Virus record (IMG/VR): IMGVR_UViG_3300048687_000087
Location: 1 to 64,000 of that record
Length of the DNA: 64,000 bases
Source: a virus
Reading direction: 5' to 3' (one strand)
Below the pieces are notes generated by a model, which made no database searches, was not told the DNA's origin, and saw only the letters and a program-made list of their open reading frames with translations. The position numbers and the translations under genes were made by a program. Positions 1 to 10,237 of the stretch are shown here, one piece after another; position 1 is the first letter of the stretch, and each line of letters begins with the position of its first letter.

Positions 1-99
1 CGGCGACCAGCCCCTCCACCGCACCCCGTGACCTCAGCAGTGCAGCGCCCGGCTCGTATCCGGGCGCTGCACGCCACACGATCCCACGACCGACCGGAG

Positions 100-1227
100 A
101 TGACCATGACCACCGGCCCGACCGACCTCCTCCGCCAGGCGGAGACGTACCTGGCCACCCTGCACGAGCACGCCGCCCGCCACGACAACCTCGGTGCGGA
201 CTTCGCGTGCGCCGGCTGCGCCCTGCGGAAGCGGATCGCGGCTCTGCCTGCCGAGGAGCTCACCGTCCCGTCTGCGCCCGCCGACACCGACCTCCGCGAC
301 CGCATCGCGGGGGCGATCCACGCCGACCTCCTTGCTCATCAGGTCCGTCGGGACCAAGGTCTCCTCGGCATCGTGCCGCGCCTCACCGCCGCGGTCCTGG
401 CCGTCCTCCCCGCGCCCTCCGCCCGGGCGGCCGTACTGCCGCTCTGGGAGGCCGTGTACGAGCCCGGCAATGTGTCCGACTACCTCATCGGCTACGCCAA
501 CACCGAGGCAGCGGCGAAAGGCGCTGCTGAGGCGTGGATGCGCTCGCAGGCCGAGGTGACGGGGCGCCTGGAATGGGTGGCCGACGAGCAGCTGACCACC
601 GGCCGCTACGACCGGTGGTACGAGCTGATCGAGCACCACGATGACGGCGTACCGACCGGGCCAGGGATCATCGTCCGCCGCCTGGCCGGTGAGGCGCAGC
701 AGGTGGGGGAGGGCACCCCGTCGGGCGCGGTCGCCGCCGAACTCCGCCAACGTGAGGCCTACCTCCAAGCGCTCCGAGGCGACCCCGCCGAGACCCTGAC
801 CAGGCGTGAACGCGTCCGTGGGGAAGTCCTCGGCCTCCGCGACGCACTCGACATCCTCCACGGCGCGCAGGCCACCAGCAGCGACCGGGAACGCGGCGAC
901 GGGCACTACAAGGACTGGCTGACGCAGCATGCCGAGTGCGGCGCCCAGCTCGTGCCGCGCACCGGAACCCGGCCCTGCGTCCTCCCCGCCGGCCACGACG
1001 GCACCCACCACCAAGACCGCCACACGAACCGGTGGCCAGTCGACCCGCAGCCGGCGGGGGAGGCGCAGCGGGCCGAGCTCGCAGCGCCATGCACCGCCGC
1101 CCTCCTGCCTCTGGGCTCCGAGCCCGTCGACCCCTGCATCCGCCGCGGCAAGCACGACTCCCACAAGACCGCTTCCGGGGTGCTGTGGGGCAACGGCTCC
1201 GACGACGAGGAGCCGACCCGTGGCTGA
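100..1227 (+). CDS. Phage early hypothetical protein
   Basis: Long ORF, GGAG just upstream, overlaps the next gene; exact start uncertain. Confidence 0.65.
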   Translation: MTMTTGPTDLLRQAETYLATLHEHAARHDNLGADFACAGCALRKRIAALPAEELTVPSAPADTDLRDRIAGAIHADLLAHQVRRDQGLLGIVPRLTAAVLAVLPAPSARAAVLPLWEAVYEPGNVSDYLIGYANTEAAAKGAAEAWMRSQAEVTGRLEWVADEQLTTGRYDRWYELIEHHDDGVPTGPGIIVRRLAGEAQQVGEGTPSGAVAAELRQREAYLQALRGDPAETLTRRERVRGEVLGLRDALDILHGAQATSSDRERGDGHYKDWLTQHAECGAQLVPRTGTRPCVLPAGHDGTHHQDRHTNRWPVDPQPAGEAQRAELAAPCTAALLPLGSEPVDPCIRRGKHDSHKTASGVLWGNGSDDEEPTRG

Positions 1228-1456
1228 CGTCACGACGGAGACGCTGACCCGCACGATCCGCCGCTGGATCATCCCGGCTGTTGAGCCCTGGGGTGCCGCC
1301 GCGGCCGAGATCGGTAAAGCGTGGGCGGTCGCCGAGCGCGCCTACCGGCAGCAGCACCAGATCCCCGACGAGCAGGGTCTCCACGACGATGCCCTCCGCT
1401 TCCACACCCGCGACGACCAGATCGTCATCGAATTCACCATCGAGGAGCCCAAGTGA
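1220..1456 (+). CDS. Phage hypothetical protein
   Basis: GTG start after GAGGAG, overlaps upstream stop. Confidence 0.65.
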   Translation: MADVTTETLTRTIRRWIIPAVEPWGAAAAEIGKAWAVAERAYRQQHQIPDEQGLHDDALRFHTRDDQIVIEFTIEEPK

Positions 1457-1755
1457 CCGCCAAGCCCGCCATCCCCACGGACCCGTTCGGCGAGTGGACG
1501 CGCATCCCCGTCGCCACCGCTGAAGGATCCGACTTCGCCGAGATCCTCCGCACCGCGATCTTCGTCGCCGACCACTGGCTCCTCGGACCAGACGGGCCGT
1601 ACAACACCGACCAGCCCCAAGCCAGCGTCACCCGAGGCACCGTCCGCGAAGCCCTCCTCCACCTGCTGGAACTCGGTTTCATCGACATCGACACCGACCG
1701 CCTGCACGCGGCCGACTGGATCCCCATGCAACGCGACGACCAGCCCGCCAACTAG
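1453..1755 (+). CDS. Phage hypothetical protein
   Basis: GTGA overlap, GAGGAG RBS. Confidence 0.65.
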   Translation: MTAKPAIPTDPFGEWTRIPVATAEGSDFAEILRTAIFVADHWLLGPDGPYNTDQPQASVTRGTVREALLHLLELGFIDIDTDRLHAADWIPMQRDDQPAN

Positions 1756-1776
1756 CCCACCACCAGGAGGAATCCC

Positions 1777-2052
1777 ATGTCGAAGCGTGCACGGCTCAGC
1801 CCGGACATGGCACAGCAGATCCATGCCGCAGCCCAACGCCTGGCCGACGTCGACCCGGACACCGACGTAGTGGACGCCGAAGACGTCATCAACGCCATCG
1901 CCGACACGCTGCGCGAGCTTCGCGACCCCATGGAAGCGCTCGTGCAGCTCGTCACCCGCGGTGATGCAGAGAGGTCTCAACTGGCCTCCGCGGCCGTCAA
2001 GTCGCTCTTCCAGCTACGGCAGCACCTGCTGGCAGCAACAAACGGATCCTGA
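1777..2052 (+). CDS. Phage hypothetical protein
   Basis: AGGAGG RBS. Confidence 0.7.
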   Translation: MSKRARLSPDMAQQIHAAAQRLADVDPDTDVVDAEDVINAIADTLRELRDPMEALVQLVTRGDAERSQLASAAVKSLFQLRQHLLAATNGS

Positions 2053-2111
2053 CCCACCGCATGGGGCGGCGGCACCAACCGCCGCCCCACCCCAACAGAC
2101 AGGAGCACGCC

Positions 2112-2396
2112 GTGACTGAAGTCCCCGTACCCGCAAGCAAGATCGGCGCCGAACTCACCGACCCCGGTAAGGGCGAACACCTCTGGACGATCCTCACCAT
2201 GCATCGGGTCAGCAGCGACATGATCCGGCGCCTGAACCGCGGCGAAGAACCCGGAGCCGAACTGCTCGACCACGAAAGCCTGCTCACCCTCGAAGGCCCC
2301 GGCTGCTTCAAATGCGAGCAGCCCTACAGCCGCTATCTCGCGCACCGAAAGTGCACCGGAACCTTCGACCTCCAGCCGATGGGAGACCCCCGATGA
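2112..2396 (+). CDS. Phage hypothetical protein with CxxC motif
   Basis: AGGAG RBS; GPGCFKCEQ motif. Confidence 0.65.
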   Translation: MTEVPVPASKIGAELTDPGKGEHLWTILTMHRVSSDMIRRLNRGEEPGAELLDHESLLTLEGPGCFKCEQPYSRYLAHRKCTGTFDLQPMGDPR

Positions 2397-2827
2397 GCCG
2401 CCGCTTCCACCTCCAACGGGACACCGACATCACCGGAGTCTCAGGGACTGGCCACGTCGCCGACGGCATCCTCTGGACCGACGGCACCGCCTCCGTCCGC
2501 TGGCTCGGCGAACGCCCTTCGATAGTCCACTGGGACGACATCGCCCACGCCGAGCACGTCCACGGGCACGGCGGCGCCACGCGAATCGTCTGGGACGACC
2601 ACGAGCCCGACCACTCTGGGCTGTACCTCGCCAGCCCCGGCTGCCCGCACTGCCCAGACGGTCACATGCCGCCTGAACACGGCCAGCCCTGGGGAGCGTT
2701 CGTCGGCCCCGACCGCGACGGTGACGGCCAGCCCACACAGATCATCGTCGCCCGCACCGCCGGAGCACACGTCGCCGAGTCGGACGCCGAATGGATTCGC
2801 ACCCGCCTCAACGGGACAGCCTCATGA
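2393..2827 (+). CDS. Conserved actinophage hypothetical protein
   Basis: ATGA overlap; RFHLQRDTDITGVSGTGHVADG motif. Confidence 0.7.
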   Translation: MSRRFHLQRDTDITGVSGTGHVADGILWTDGTASVRWLGERPSIVHWDDIAHAEHVHGHGGATRIVWDDHEPDHSGLYLASPGCPHCPDGHMPPEHGQPWGAFVGPDRDGDGQPTQIIVARTAGAHVAESDAEWIRTRLNGTAS

Positions 2828-3021
2828 CCGCCCCGAAGCTTCCCGCTTACCTCGACCCGAAGACCGCCGAAATCCTCTCCCGCTGCTACCGCGGGCAGGC
2901 GAAACGCGACGTCATCGCCCGTGCCATGCGGATGCTCGCGACCGCCGACGGCCACCTCAAAGCCGACGGGCAGATCAAGAACGGCGTCGGCGGCAGGCCC
3001 ACGACGAGGCGGCCGTCATGA
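2824..3021 (+). CDS. Phage hypothetical protein
   Basis: ATGA overlaps on both sides. Confidence 0.6.
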   Translation: MTAPKLPAYLDPKTAEILSRCYRGQAKRDVIARAMRMLATADGHLKADGQIKNGVGGRPTTRRPS

Positions 3022-3368
3022 CCGGCAGCCTCGCCGGCCGCCCCCTCACCGAAACTGAACTCGCCGTTCTACGGCTAGCAGCCCGCGGCCACACCTACGC
3101 ACAGATCGGCCGCGACCTCGGCTACCAGGAGAAGAGCGTCGCCAAGATGGCGCTCCGGGCTGCCCGCAAGCTCGAGGCGCGTTCCATCACCCACGTCGTG
3201 CACATCGCCACCCTCCGCGGGCTCATCGGCGCCCGCGACGACTGCGGCGACCGCAACGCCTACCTCCGCCACCTCCGCCGCGGCGAAACCCCATGTCCGG
3301 CCTGCCGCAACGCCAACACTGCCCACGCAGCCGAACAACGCGGCGGTCAACTCAAGGACGCCGCATGA
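3018..3368 (+). CDS. LuxR-type HTH regulator with C-terminal Cys/His motif
   Basis: LTETELAVLRLAARGHTYAQIGRDLG...KL; CGDRNAYLRHLRRGETPCPAC. Confidence 0.8.
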   Translation: MTGSLAGRPLTETELAVLRLAARGHTYAQIGRDLGYQEKSVAKMALRAARKLEARSITHVVHIATLRGLIGARDDCGDRNAYLRHLRRGETPCPACRNANTAHAAEQRGGQLKDAA

Positions 3369-3640
3369 ACCAGCCCCTCCACCGGCAGTTGATCGCCCAA
3401 CTCGAGCGCGACCGCACGCGCATGCTTGCCGCCGCGGACGCCGCGACCGTCGACGAAGTACGTATCGCGCAGTCCGGTATCGCCTCCGGCTACCTCCACG
3501 CCATCGCCCACACGTTGCGCCTCCACGAAGGCGTCGACGCCGTACAGGCCTACCTCCGCGAGCACGCCGACGGACACCACCTGATCAGCCGCGACGGGCC
3601 CACCATCGACGAAGCCAAGGTCGACGATGCCCGCTGGTAG
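3365..3640 (+). CDS. Phage hypothetical protein
   Basis: ATGA overlap, AAGGA RBS. Confidence 0.6.
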   Translation: MNQPLHRQLIAQLERDRTRMLAAADAATVDEVRIAQSGIASGYLHAIAHTLRLHEGVDAVQAYLREHADGHHLISRDGPTIDEAKVDDARW

Positions 3641-4076
3641 GGCGGAGAGAAGGCAGGCGAGTGACCGCCCGCCGCTGGATGGTGCACAGCGAAGCGCACC
3701 GACTGCCCGCTCGCGGAACGGTGTCCGGCATGCGAGGTGACGTTTTTTGACCGATGCGGGAGAAAAGACAGACCTTGACAAGTGGCGTAATGAGAAAGGG
3801 TTTTACGGCTCTCGCGGGCCAGTAAGGCGACACGCTGGGGGACTTGCCTGGTAGAGCGCCCCTCGGAGTGCCAGACCTGCCACCGGCATGCAAAACCCCA
3901 GGCAGTTTCCGTGCGCCCCCCGTGCTCCGCCACCGTAGGTTAGGTCACGCTTACGGTCTGTTCCGCCCGGGCATTGGACTCGTTACGTTGAAACGCCAAA
4001 CCCCCCAGCGCAGGGATTCGGCTTCCCAACCAACCTGCGCCAGGGGGCTATCAACCAGGCGAACCTGGAGGAAACC

Positions 4077-4253
4077 GTGACGGTACCCGAGTACTTGCAT
4101 GCCCCCAACTGCGGACCAGCACACAGCCCACGAGAGTGGCGAATCACTGTGATCACAGTGATCGTTACTGTGGTCGTGCTCGGATGCGCAGGAGTAAGCC
4201 CCGAATGGATCGCGGCCACCGCGGGCCTGTTGGGGGCCTACGCCCGCCGGTAA
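4077..4253 (+). CDS. 58-aa small membrane peptide (not in ORF track)
   Basis: GGAGG RBS, GTG start, hydrophobic ITVITVIVTVVVLG, downstream hairpin 4262-4288. Confidence 0.55.
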   Translation: MTVPEYLHAPNCGPAHSPREWRITVITVIVTVVVLGCAGVSPEWIAATAGLLGAYARR

Positions 4254-4299
4254 CAGCGCCAGCGCCCCGGCCCACGCGGTCGGGGCGCACCGCTGCCCG

Positions 4300-4596
4300 C
4301 TACCGCCTGTCGGGGTTCCGCAGCGGCCGTCGAGGAGGCTCACCGAGAGCCCGAGCAATCTCCATCCCCCGAGCCGACACCCGACGAGGGCCAGCAGCTG
4401 GCTCAACCTCCTCGTCCCGTGACGGCACCCGCGACCCCAGGTTCGACAGCAGGTGCCGCGCCAAGTCCACGTCCGGGTCGGCGCCGGCTACCACCGCGGC
4501 CAGCACCTCCACCACGTCCTGCGCCTCCTCCAGCGACAGGAGGGGCAAGCGAGGGGCCGGCGGATCCACGGCCGTCAGATCAGCGAAATCAGTCAC
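4300..4596 (-). CDS. Hypothetical protein
   Basis: DPPAPRLPLLSLEEA motif reminiscent of small Streptomyces proteins; start uncertain. Confidence 0.45.
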   Translation of the reverse strand: MTDFADLTAVDPPAPRLPLLSLEEAQDVVEVLAAVVAGADPDVDLARHLLSNLGSRVPSRDEEVEPAAGPRRVSARGMEIARALGEPPRRPLRNPDRR

Positions 4597-4722
4597 GCCG
4601 AAACAACCGGACAGCCCGTCAACGGTCACGGGCAGCAGTCGGTCGCCACGAACCATTCTGATACTTGAATGATACCGGGTACGCTCGGTCCAAGTGTCAA
4701 CCCGTGCCCAGCGGAGGCCGTG

Positions 4723-5010
4723 ATGAGCAGTGAACAGCGGTGGACCATCGAGACCATCCGCGACGCCCTCGGCAACCCCACCCTCGCCCAGCGCTTCCTC
4801 GGCGAAATCAACCGGGCGCCCGCGCACGAGCTGCTCCACGTGTTCGCCAAGTGGGAGCGCGTCGCCAAGGACACCCTCGCCGCCGTCCAGCGGGGCCGCG
4901 AGATCGCAACTGCTGAGGCCCGAGGCGAAGAAGCCCCCGGCGAATGGATCGACGGCACAGAACGCCTCCAGCAGGCAGCTGCCCGAATCCAGTCCCGAGG
5001 CGCCGCCTGA
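4723..5010 (+). CDS. Putative antitoxin of TA-like pair 1
   Basis: GGAGG RBS; helical protein directly upstream of a RelE-like gene. Confidence 0.55.
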   Translation: MSSEQRWTIETIRDALGNPTLAQRFLGEINRAPAHELLHVFAKWERVAKDTLAAVQRGREIATAEARGEEAPGEWIDGTERLQQAAARIQSRGAA

Positions 5011-5027
5011 CCTGACACCCTGACCGG

Positions 5028-5273
5028 GTGTACGAGCTGCGATACGACGCCACCGTCGAGGCCGTCTGGGACAGCCTTCCCGACCAGGCCCGCGAAGAAT
5101 TCGACCGCGCCATCCTCGCAGTCTGCCAAGACCCCTACGGCACCACCGAGCCCTACGGCATCGACGACGGCGTTACCCGCACCCTCATCCGCCCCCACAC
5201 CGTCGCCGTCCTCCTCATCAGCCAGGCGCCGCGGCAGCTACTGCGGATCCTGCAGGTCACCCACCTCGGCTGA
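5028..5273 (+). CDS. RelE/ParE-like toxin
   Basis: YELRY..VEAVWDSLP..AREEF...DPYG...LRILQV pattern of the RelE fold. Confidence 0.55.
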   Translation: MYELRYDATVEAVWDSLPDQAREEFDRAILAVCQDPYGTTEPYGIDDGVTRTLIRPHTVAVLLISQAPRQLLRILQVTHLG

Positions 5274-5352
5274 TTCGCCTCCGCGCCGATTGGCCGCCTG
5301 GTGATTGCAGACGGACGATGTAAGTACTCGGGGAGCGTCTCTGAGGTGCGCC

Positions 5353-5967
5353 ATGGAGCTCATCCTTTCAGTCATCGCCCTTGTCGTGTCAGTGGGGACG
5401 GCCTTGTCGGCCCTCGCTTGGGGAGGCCTTGAGGGCCGCAGGCAACACATTCGCGAGGTCGAGCGCTTCTATCTCACCCGGTACTGGCAATTGCTCGATC
5501 AATTGCCCATGGACGCGCTTTTGGGGCAAGAGCCACCCGAAATCCACCACAATGCCCGGCCCGATGAATGTGAGAGCGAGATCGACAAGGCCCAGAGGCT
5601 CGCCGTCCTGTACTTGCGGATGTGCGACGACGAAGTCCATGCACGCGCGCAAGGTCAGGTCTCGGACGTAACCTGGCACGAGTGGCTGAAGGCGATGCAC
5701 ACACAGATCCGGCGACCGCCCGTGAAACAGGTGTGGGCCTCCGTCCTCCGAGAGACACCTGAAGACGCATACGCCGACCTCCGACGGGCCCTGGCAGATG
5801 ACGGCAATGGTGGCTACAAGGACACGGACCCGTGCCACTGGCGAAGATTCACACGCTACTGGCGAGGGCTGAGTCATACCCCGATCCTTCTTTGGGGAGC
5901 TAAGGGGCGCCCCCGGGGTCCGATGCGTCGCCCCGAGAACCACGACAAGGACCACTGGCAGCCGTAG
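5353..5967 (+). CDS. N-terminally membrane-anchored hypothetical protein (moron)
   Basis: N-terminal TM helix, lower-GC sequence. Confidence 0.65.
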   Translation: MELILSVIALVVSVGTALSALAWGGLEGRRQHIREVERFYLTRYWQLLDQLPMDALLGQEPPEIHHNARPDECESEIDKAQRLAVLYLRMCDDEVHARAQGQVSDVTWHEWLKAMHTQIRRPPVKQVWASVLRETPEDAYADLRRALADDGNGGYKDTDPCHWRRFTRYWRGLSHTPILLWGAKGRPRGPMRRPENHDKDHWQP

Positions 5968-6030
5968 AAGCCTCAACTCCAGCTCCGAACCTGGCTGTTC
6001 GCCGCATGCCGCAGCCCGCTGACGGACATC

Positions 6031-7419
6031 ATGCCGGGCATGAGCGACGAGCAACCCGCCACGAAACGCCCCTGGTGGTTCTGGCCCGCAGCCGCAGTCG
6101 GCACGGCCGCCTTCATCGTGCTCCTCATCTGGGCGCCCTGGTGGATCGAAGGCCACCACCTCAAAGACGAGAACGGCGAGCTGGTCTCCAGTGCCGGGAT
6201 CATTATCACCGGGTTCCGCACCATGCTCATCGCGATCGCAGCCGGTGCATTCACTGCCGCAGGGCTCTGGTATACACACCGCAGCCACCAGCACACAGTC
6301 GCCAAAGACCGCGAACAGGCCGACCTTACGCGCGAGGGCCAGGTCACTGGCCGGTACGTCGACGGCGTCAAGCTGCTGGCCTCCGAGAACCTGCACGAAC
6401 GCCTCGGCGGGATCTACGCGCTGGAACGCATCATGGCGGACAGCGAGCGAGACCACCTGACGATCGTCGAAGTCCTTTCAGCCTTTCTGCGAACGCGACT
6501 CAAGGACGACGAGTCGGAACGTGCACGCATCCACCAAGAGCGGGAATCGGCGGTCGGTGCGGCTAGCGGCAAGCCCAAGAGCAGCGAAGAGCCTGTTCTC
6601 ATCACGTTTGCTGAGGACGTGAGCGCAGCCTTGAGCGTGGTCAACCGTCGCCCGGCAGAGCGCCGCCACGCAGTTCCCCTAGCCATATTCGGTGCCGAGC
6701 TAGCCCGGCACGACCTTGAAGACGTCCCCTGGCAGTGGGCAGACCTCGCGAAGGCGAACCTCTCGCAAGCTCACCTGATCGGAGCCGATCTGGACCACGC
6801 GAACCTCACCGGGGCGACCCTCACTCAAGCCAAACTGGCAGGGGCGAGTCTCCGCGGAGCCTCTCTAGAGGAAGCGAACCTTTCTGCCGCCGTCCTCACC
6901 CGCGCGGACCTCACCGGCGCCGTCCTCGACGTGGCAACCTTGGCTAAGGCCAGCATGCAACGCAGCGACCTGCGTGAAGCACGCCTGGCCGGAGCCGACC
7001 TAACGCAAGCCGACCTAAGCAAGGCGCGCCTGTCCGGGGCGCGCCTGTACGGAGCCCGGCTGTACAGGGCGACCTTGACAGGCGCTCGACTTGATGAGGC
7101 GAATCTGGAACGGGCCGACCTGTCCGGTGCCAGGCTCGCGGAAGCTCGGCTCGACGGCGCGCGCCTGCATAACGCCACACTCACCGACGCCGACCTGCGA
7201 CGGACGAACCTCGACGGAGCACTCGGCCTCACCGTGTCATCGCTACTAAAAGCACACATCACTCGCAGCACCACACTCCCCGCCGAGATCGCGGCCGACC
7301 CTCAAATCCAGAACCGGATCGAAGAGTTCGAAGCCGAAGAGGAAGCCCTGCAGAAGGCAGCAGAGGAGGCTGCGCTGGGCCAATGGGAGGAACCCCCTAT
7401 GGCTGAGGGCGCCGAATAG
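6031..7419 (+). CDS. Membrane-anchored pentapeptide-repeat protein
   Basis: Two N-terminal TM helices, RLGGIYALERI motif, long A(D/N/R)Lxx repeat tract. Confidence 0.9.
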   Translation: MPGMSDEQPATKRPWWFWPAAAVGTAAFIVLLIWAPWWIEGHHLKDENGELVSSAGIIITGFRTMLIAIAAGAFTAAGLWYTHRSHQHTVAKDREQADLTREGQVTGRYVDGVKLLASENLHERLGGIYALERIMADSERDHLTIVEVLSAFLRTRLKDDESERARIHQERESAVGAASGKPKSSEEPVLITFAEDVSAALSVVNRRPAERRHAVPLAIFGAELARHDLEDVPWQWADLAKANLSQAHLIGADLDHANLTGATLTQAKLAGASLRGASLEEANLSAAVLTRADLTGAVLDVATLAKASMQRSDLREARLAGADLTQADLSKARLSGARLYGARLYRATLTGARLDEANLERADLSGARLAEARLDGARLHNATLTDADLRRTNLDGALGLTVSSLLKAHITRSTTLPAEIAADPQIQNRIEEFEAEEEALQKAAEEAALGQWEEPPMAEGAE

Positions 7420-7455
7420 CGTGAGGCCTGGGCCGTCGACGGACTTCGCTGCCGC

Positions 7456-7719
7456 TCAAACAGACGGCCCGACGACCTGCACGATGTACACGCGACGCCG
7501 CGGCCGATGCACCTGATACGACACCACCCACGGCGTCTCCGCCATCTCCAACAAGCTGCTCACGCCAGGATCGCCATACTCCGGATCATCCCGGTACTTC
7601 ACCTCGGCCGCGGCAACCAGCCGCGCCGCGATCCCATCCAGATGCAGCCGCTGCTCAGCATTGAGGCCCGACCACGACGTCTGAGCGTGCGCAATGTACT
7701 CGTACTCCCAGCCAGTCAC
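7456..7719 (-). CDS. RelE/ParE-like toxin of TA-like pair 2
   Basis: WEYEY...VSYQVHRPRRRVYIVQV; GTGA overlap with upstream gene. Confidence 0.5.
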   Translation of the reverse strand: MTGWEYEYIAHAQTSWSGLNAEQRLHLDGIAARLVAAAEVKYRDDPEYGDPGVSSLLEMAETPWVVSYQVHRPRRRVYIVQVVGPSV

Positions 7720-8069
7720 GGCAAGGAAAGATCAGCCGAGACCTCGTGCAGCAGGTCGCTCATCTCCGTAGCCACCGCCCGCGCCTCCTCATCGGTCTTC
7801 GCCGCACCCATCGCGACCTCCAGCTCGCGGATACGAGCCGCCGTCGCCGGCACCCGATACCGCTCCACCCACAACGCCCACCGGACCAGAAACGTCCGCA
7901 ACGGAAGAGCCGACGACGCGGGCGAGTTGACCTCAGAGAACTCCCTGTCGAACACCACTGTCTGCGACGGATCCAGACGAACCACCGCCACCCGCAACGC
8001 CTCAACCGTCACAGCCGGACGAGGAACCAACGCCTCCGACGATTGCTGACTGCTGTGCTGGTCAGACAC
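7716..8069 (-). CDS. DUF6247-like putative antitoxin
   Basis: AGGAG RBS; PLRTFLVRWALWVE..R.P..AARIRELE motif. Confidence 0.6.
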   Translation of the reverse strand: MSDQHSSQQSSEALVPRPAVTVEALRVAVVRLDPSQTVVFDREFSEVNSPASSALPLRTFLVRWALWVERYRVPATAARIRELEVAMGAAKTDEEARAVATEMSDLLHEVSADLSLP

Positions 8070-8208
8070 GACAAACGCTCCTGTACACGCAGGGGATTGA
8101 AACAACACAAGAGGCCAAGACGACCCCGGACGGCACACTCCCGCACCACCCGAGATCACCTGGCCAAAACCCGCAAACACACCCCAAGGGAAGGTGCCGT
8201 CCGGACGA

Positions 8209-8616
8209 TCAGACGGCAGCCGTCCGCCCCAGAGCACGCAGCCGACCCTCGAACTCGGCCACGACGTCAGCAGCCGCATCCACCTCGGCGGGCGACAGAT
8301 ACAGGCTCTGCACATCCTCGAAATCCACGGCGACGAACGGGCGACGCTCCTCGACCGTGCCCGAGTCGGACGCCAGGACCCGCGCCGATGCCAGCAGCTG
8401 CACCGAACCCTCCTGCCGCGGCACCAGCAGATCCACCGATGCGCCCTCATGCGTCACATCGACCAGATGCCGCTCGTTCTCCGCGACATGATCCGTGGTG
8501 CACCAAGACGGGCAATACACGGCGCAGCGCTGGCCGTTCACCAGAGCCGGACGCAGACGCGCAGCAGGGACGGCGGGCACGCTAGCCGCCTCAATTGAGT
8601 AGGCTAAAGTTGACAC
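8209..8616 (-). CDS. DUF6907-like protein
   Basis: CPSWCTTDH motif; GAGG RBS. Confidence 0.6.
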   Translation of the reverse strand: MSTLAYSIEAASVPAVPAARLRPALVNGQRCAVYCPSWCTTDHVAENERHLVDVTHEGASVDLLVPRQEGSVQLLASARVLASDSGTVEERRPFVAVDFEDVQSLYLSPAEVDAAADVVAEFEGRLRALGRTAAV

Positions 8617-9424
8617 CCGGATACCTCTTCTCTTCGCAGGGCGGATGGATCCTTGATCAGCGAGTTCGCAGCTCGCTGGTTGAACCGGCCGGACGGTTGC
8701 ACCCGTCCGGCCGTTCGCATGTCTGGGGCGGACCCCAACGACGTGCATCAGGACGTTAACCCAGGTGCTTCGAGGGTCGTTGACCTGCGGAAAAGTTCCG
8801 GAACCGAGACACTGAAAACGCGGGTATCAAGGTTGATTGTGTTGCGGAACAGCTTCTGTGAAATGCTCGAATTCATGCAGGGGTTGCGACCTGCGGCGAT
8901 GCGGCCCGAAAAAGTGGAACCCAATTCGGGTCGGCCCCCTTTTCGCCTATAGTTAATGCTCTGTGTGTCGATAGGGGTTTTGTGCCGGTTTGCTCCTTTC
9001 GCTGGTCGCGCAGGACATGGCCTGAACTGGTCGGTGCGATCCACCGCAACCAACCCTCCCTAAACGTCCAGGGCCAGCGGTAGGCCTCGCGCTGTCACAA
9101 ACGCTTTGTAGCAACGGACGCTACGCCCGACCCGCCAACCGGCCGCCACGAACCAGACGCCAGCCGACGGCTCTTGGATCTGCAGCAAGTCCGAGTTGCC
9201 CGAACGGATAGGATTCGTCGCGCGCCTCCATCGCACGGACAAACGAGACCGTGGTGGCGGACGGCTGGAAGACGCTCATTGTCGGGCGGCTACCTTCGGG
9301 CTGAAGTTGGGTCTTCGGGTTCGGGCATGCCGCTCCTTACGGTGCGTGTGGACGTGACCACTCTCACGGCATCGACCGTAAGGCGTATTCGCTTATGTAT
9401 CAAGCCTTCGCGTTACAGGCATGC

Positions 9425-9452
9425 AAAAGCCCCCAGCGTCCTTGCTGGGGGC
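9425..9452 (-). terminator. Intrinsic terminator of the GntR operon
   Basis: GCCCCCAGC-6nt-GCTGGGGGC followed by TTTT on the minus strand. Confidence 0.7.
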
Positions 9453-9469
9453 GGCAGTTACTTCGCAGG

Positions 9470-10237
9470 TCAGTCGAGTAGATCGACGTGATAGCCCATC
9501 TTGAACCGATGGGACGCCTTGGCCAGGATCGTGACCTCGATCGGCCTGTCGTCGTCGCTGTATACGATCCGGAAGACCTCTAGGACTGGGACGTCGCGCG
9601 GGATTTCGAGCGCTTCGTACTCCTCGGTCGTGGCGGGGCGAGCGGCGACAGCATCGTCCTGTGAGCGGGTCGGGTAACCCATCTCGTTGAGCAGGGCCGG
9701 CGAGCCGCCGGGGATTCGCCGCCGGTCCGCGAGGCGTGTGCCGCGGGCGAGCTCGATCGGGTAGTACGAGTGCACCAACTCCGCTGGCTGCTCATCGAGG
9801 TAGCCGATCCGGGATCGCAGCATCGCCGTGTCGTCGGCTTCGAGGCGGAGGGCCTTGGCAACTTCGACCGGAGGCTTGACCTCGGCGACATCGAGGATGC
9901 GGTACTTGCTGGTCTGCTGCCGATTGGCGGCTTCGGTCAGCCAGCGGTACGGGTCGCCTGGTTCGGCGGGGGCGATGTAGTGCGCCGGCGAGATCGTCTG
10001 CGCTCGCTCGCTGCGCACGAACACGCCAACGCCTGTGCGGCCTTCAAGGAACTTCTCGTCTTTGAGGATCTGCAGCGCCCGCTGGATCGTCACGTTGGAG
10101 GTCTCGTATTCGCCCCGCAGTGCCTCGTTAGTAGGCACCTTGCGGCCTGGTTCCCAGTCGCCCGACATGATCTTTCTGCGGATGTCTGCGGCGATGCGTT
10201 CCGCCTTGGGGCGCTCGTCCTTGTGTGGCTCAGGCAT
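9470..10237 (-). CDS. GntR/HutC-family repressor (KorSA-like), wHTH + UTRA
   Basis: IAADIRRKIMSGDWEPGRKVP...TIQRAL..L...G wHTH followed by UTRA domain. Confidence 0.9.
   Translation of the reverse strand: MPEPHKDERPKAERIAADIRRKIMSGDWEPGRKVPTNEALRGEYETSNVTIQRALQILKDEKFLEGRTGVGVFVRSERAQTISPAHYIAPAEPGDPYRWLTEAANRQQTSKYRILDVAEVKPPVEVAKALRLEADDTAMLRSRIGYLDEQPAELVHSYYPIELARGTRLADRRRIPGGSPALLNEMGYPTRSQDDAVAARPATTEEYEALEIPRDVPVLEVFRIVYSDDDRPIEVTILAKASHRFKMGYHVDLLD

Noticed and set aside
6740-7230. 15-bp periodic DNA repeats
   Set aside because: Explained by the pentapeptide-repeat coding sequence
8620-9420. Genes or ncRNA in the lower-GC gap
   Set aside because: ORFs lack convincing RBS, codon bias or motifs, and I could not support a defined structure; probably regulatory or decayed DNA
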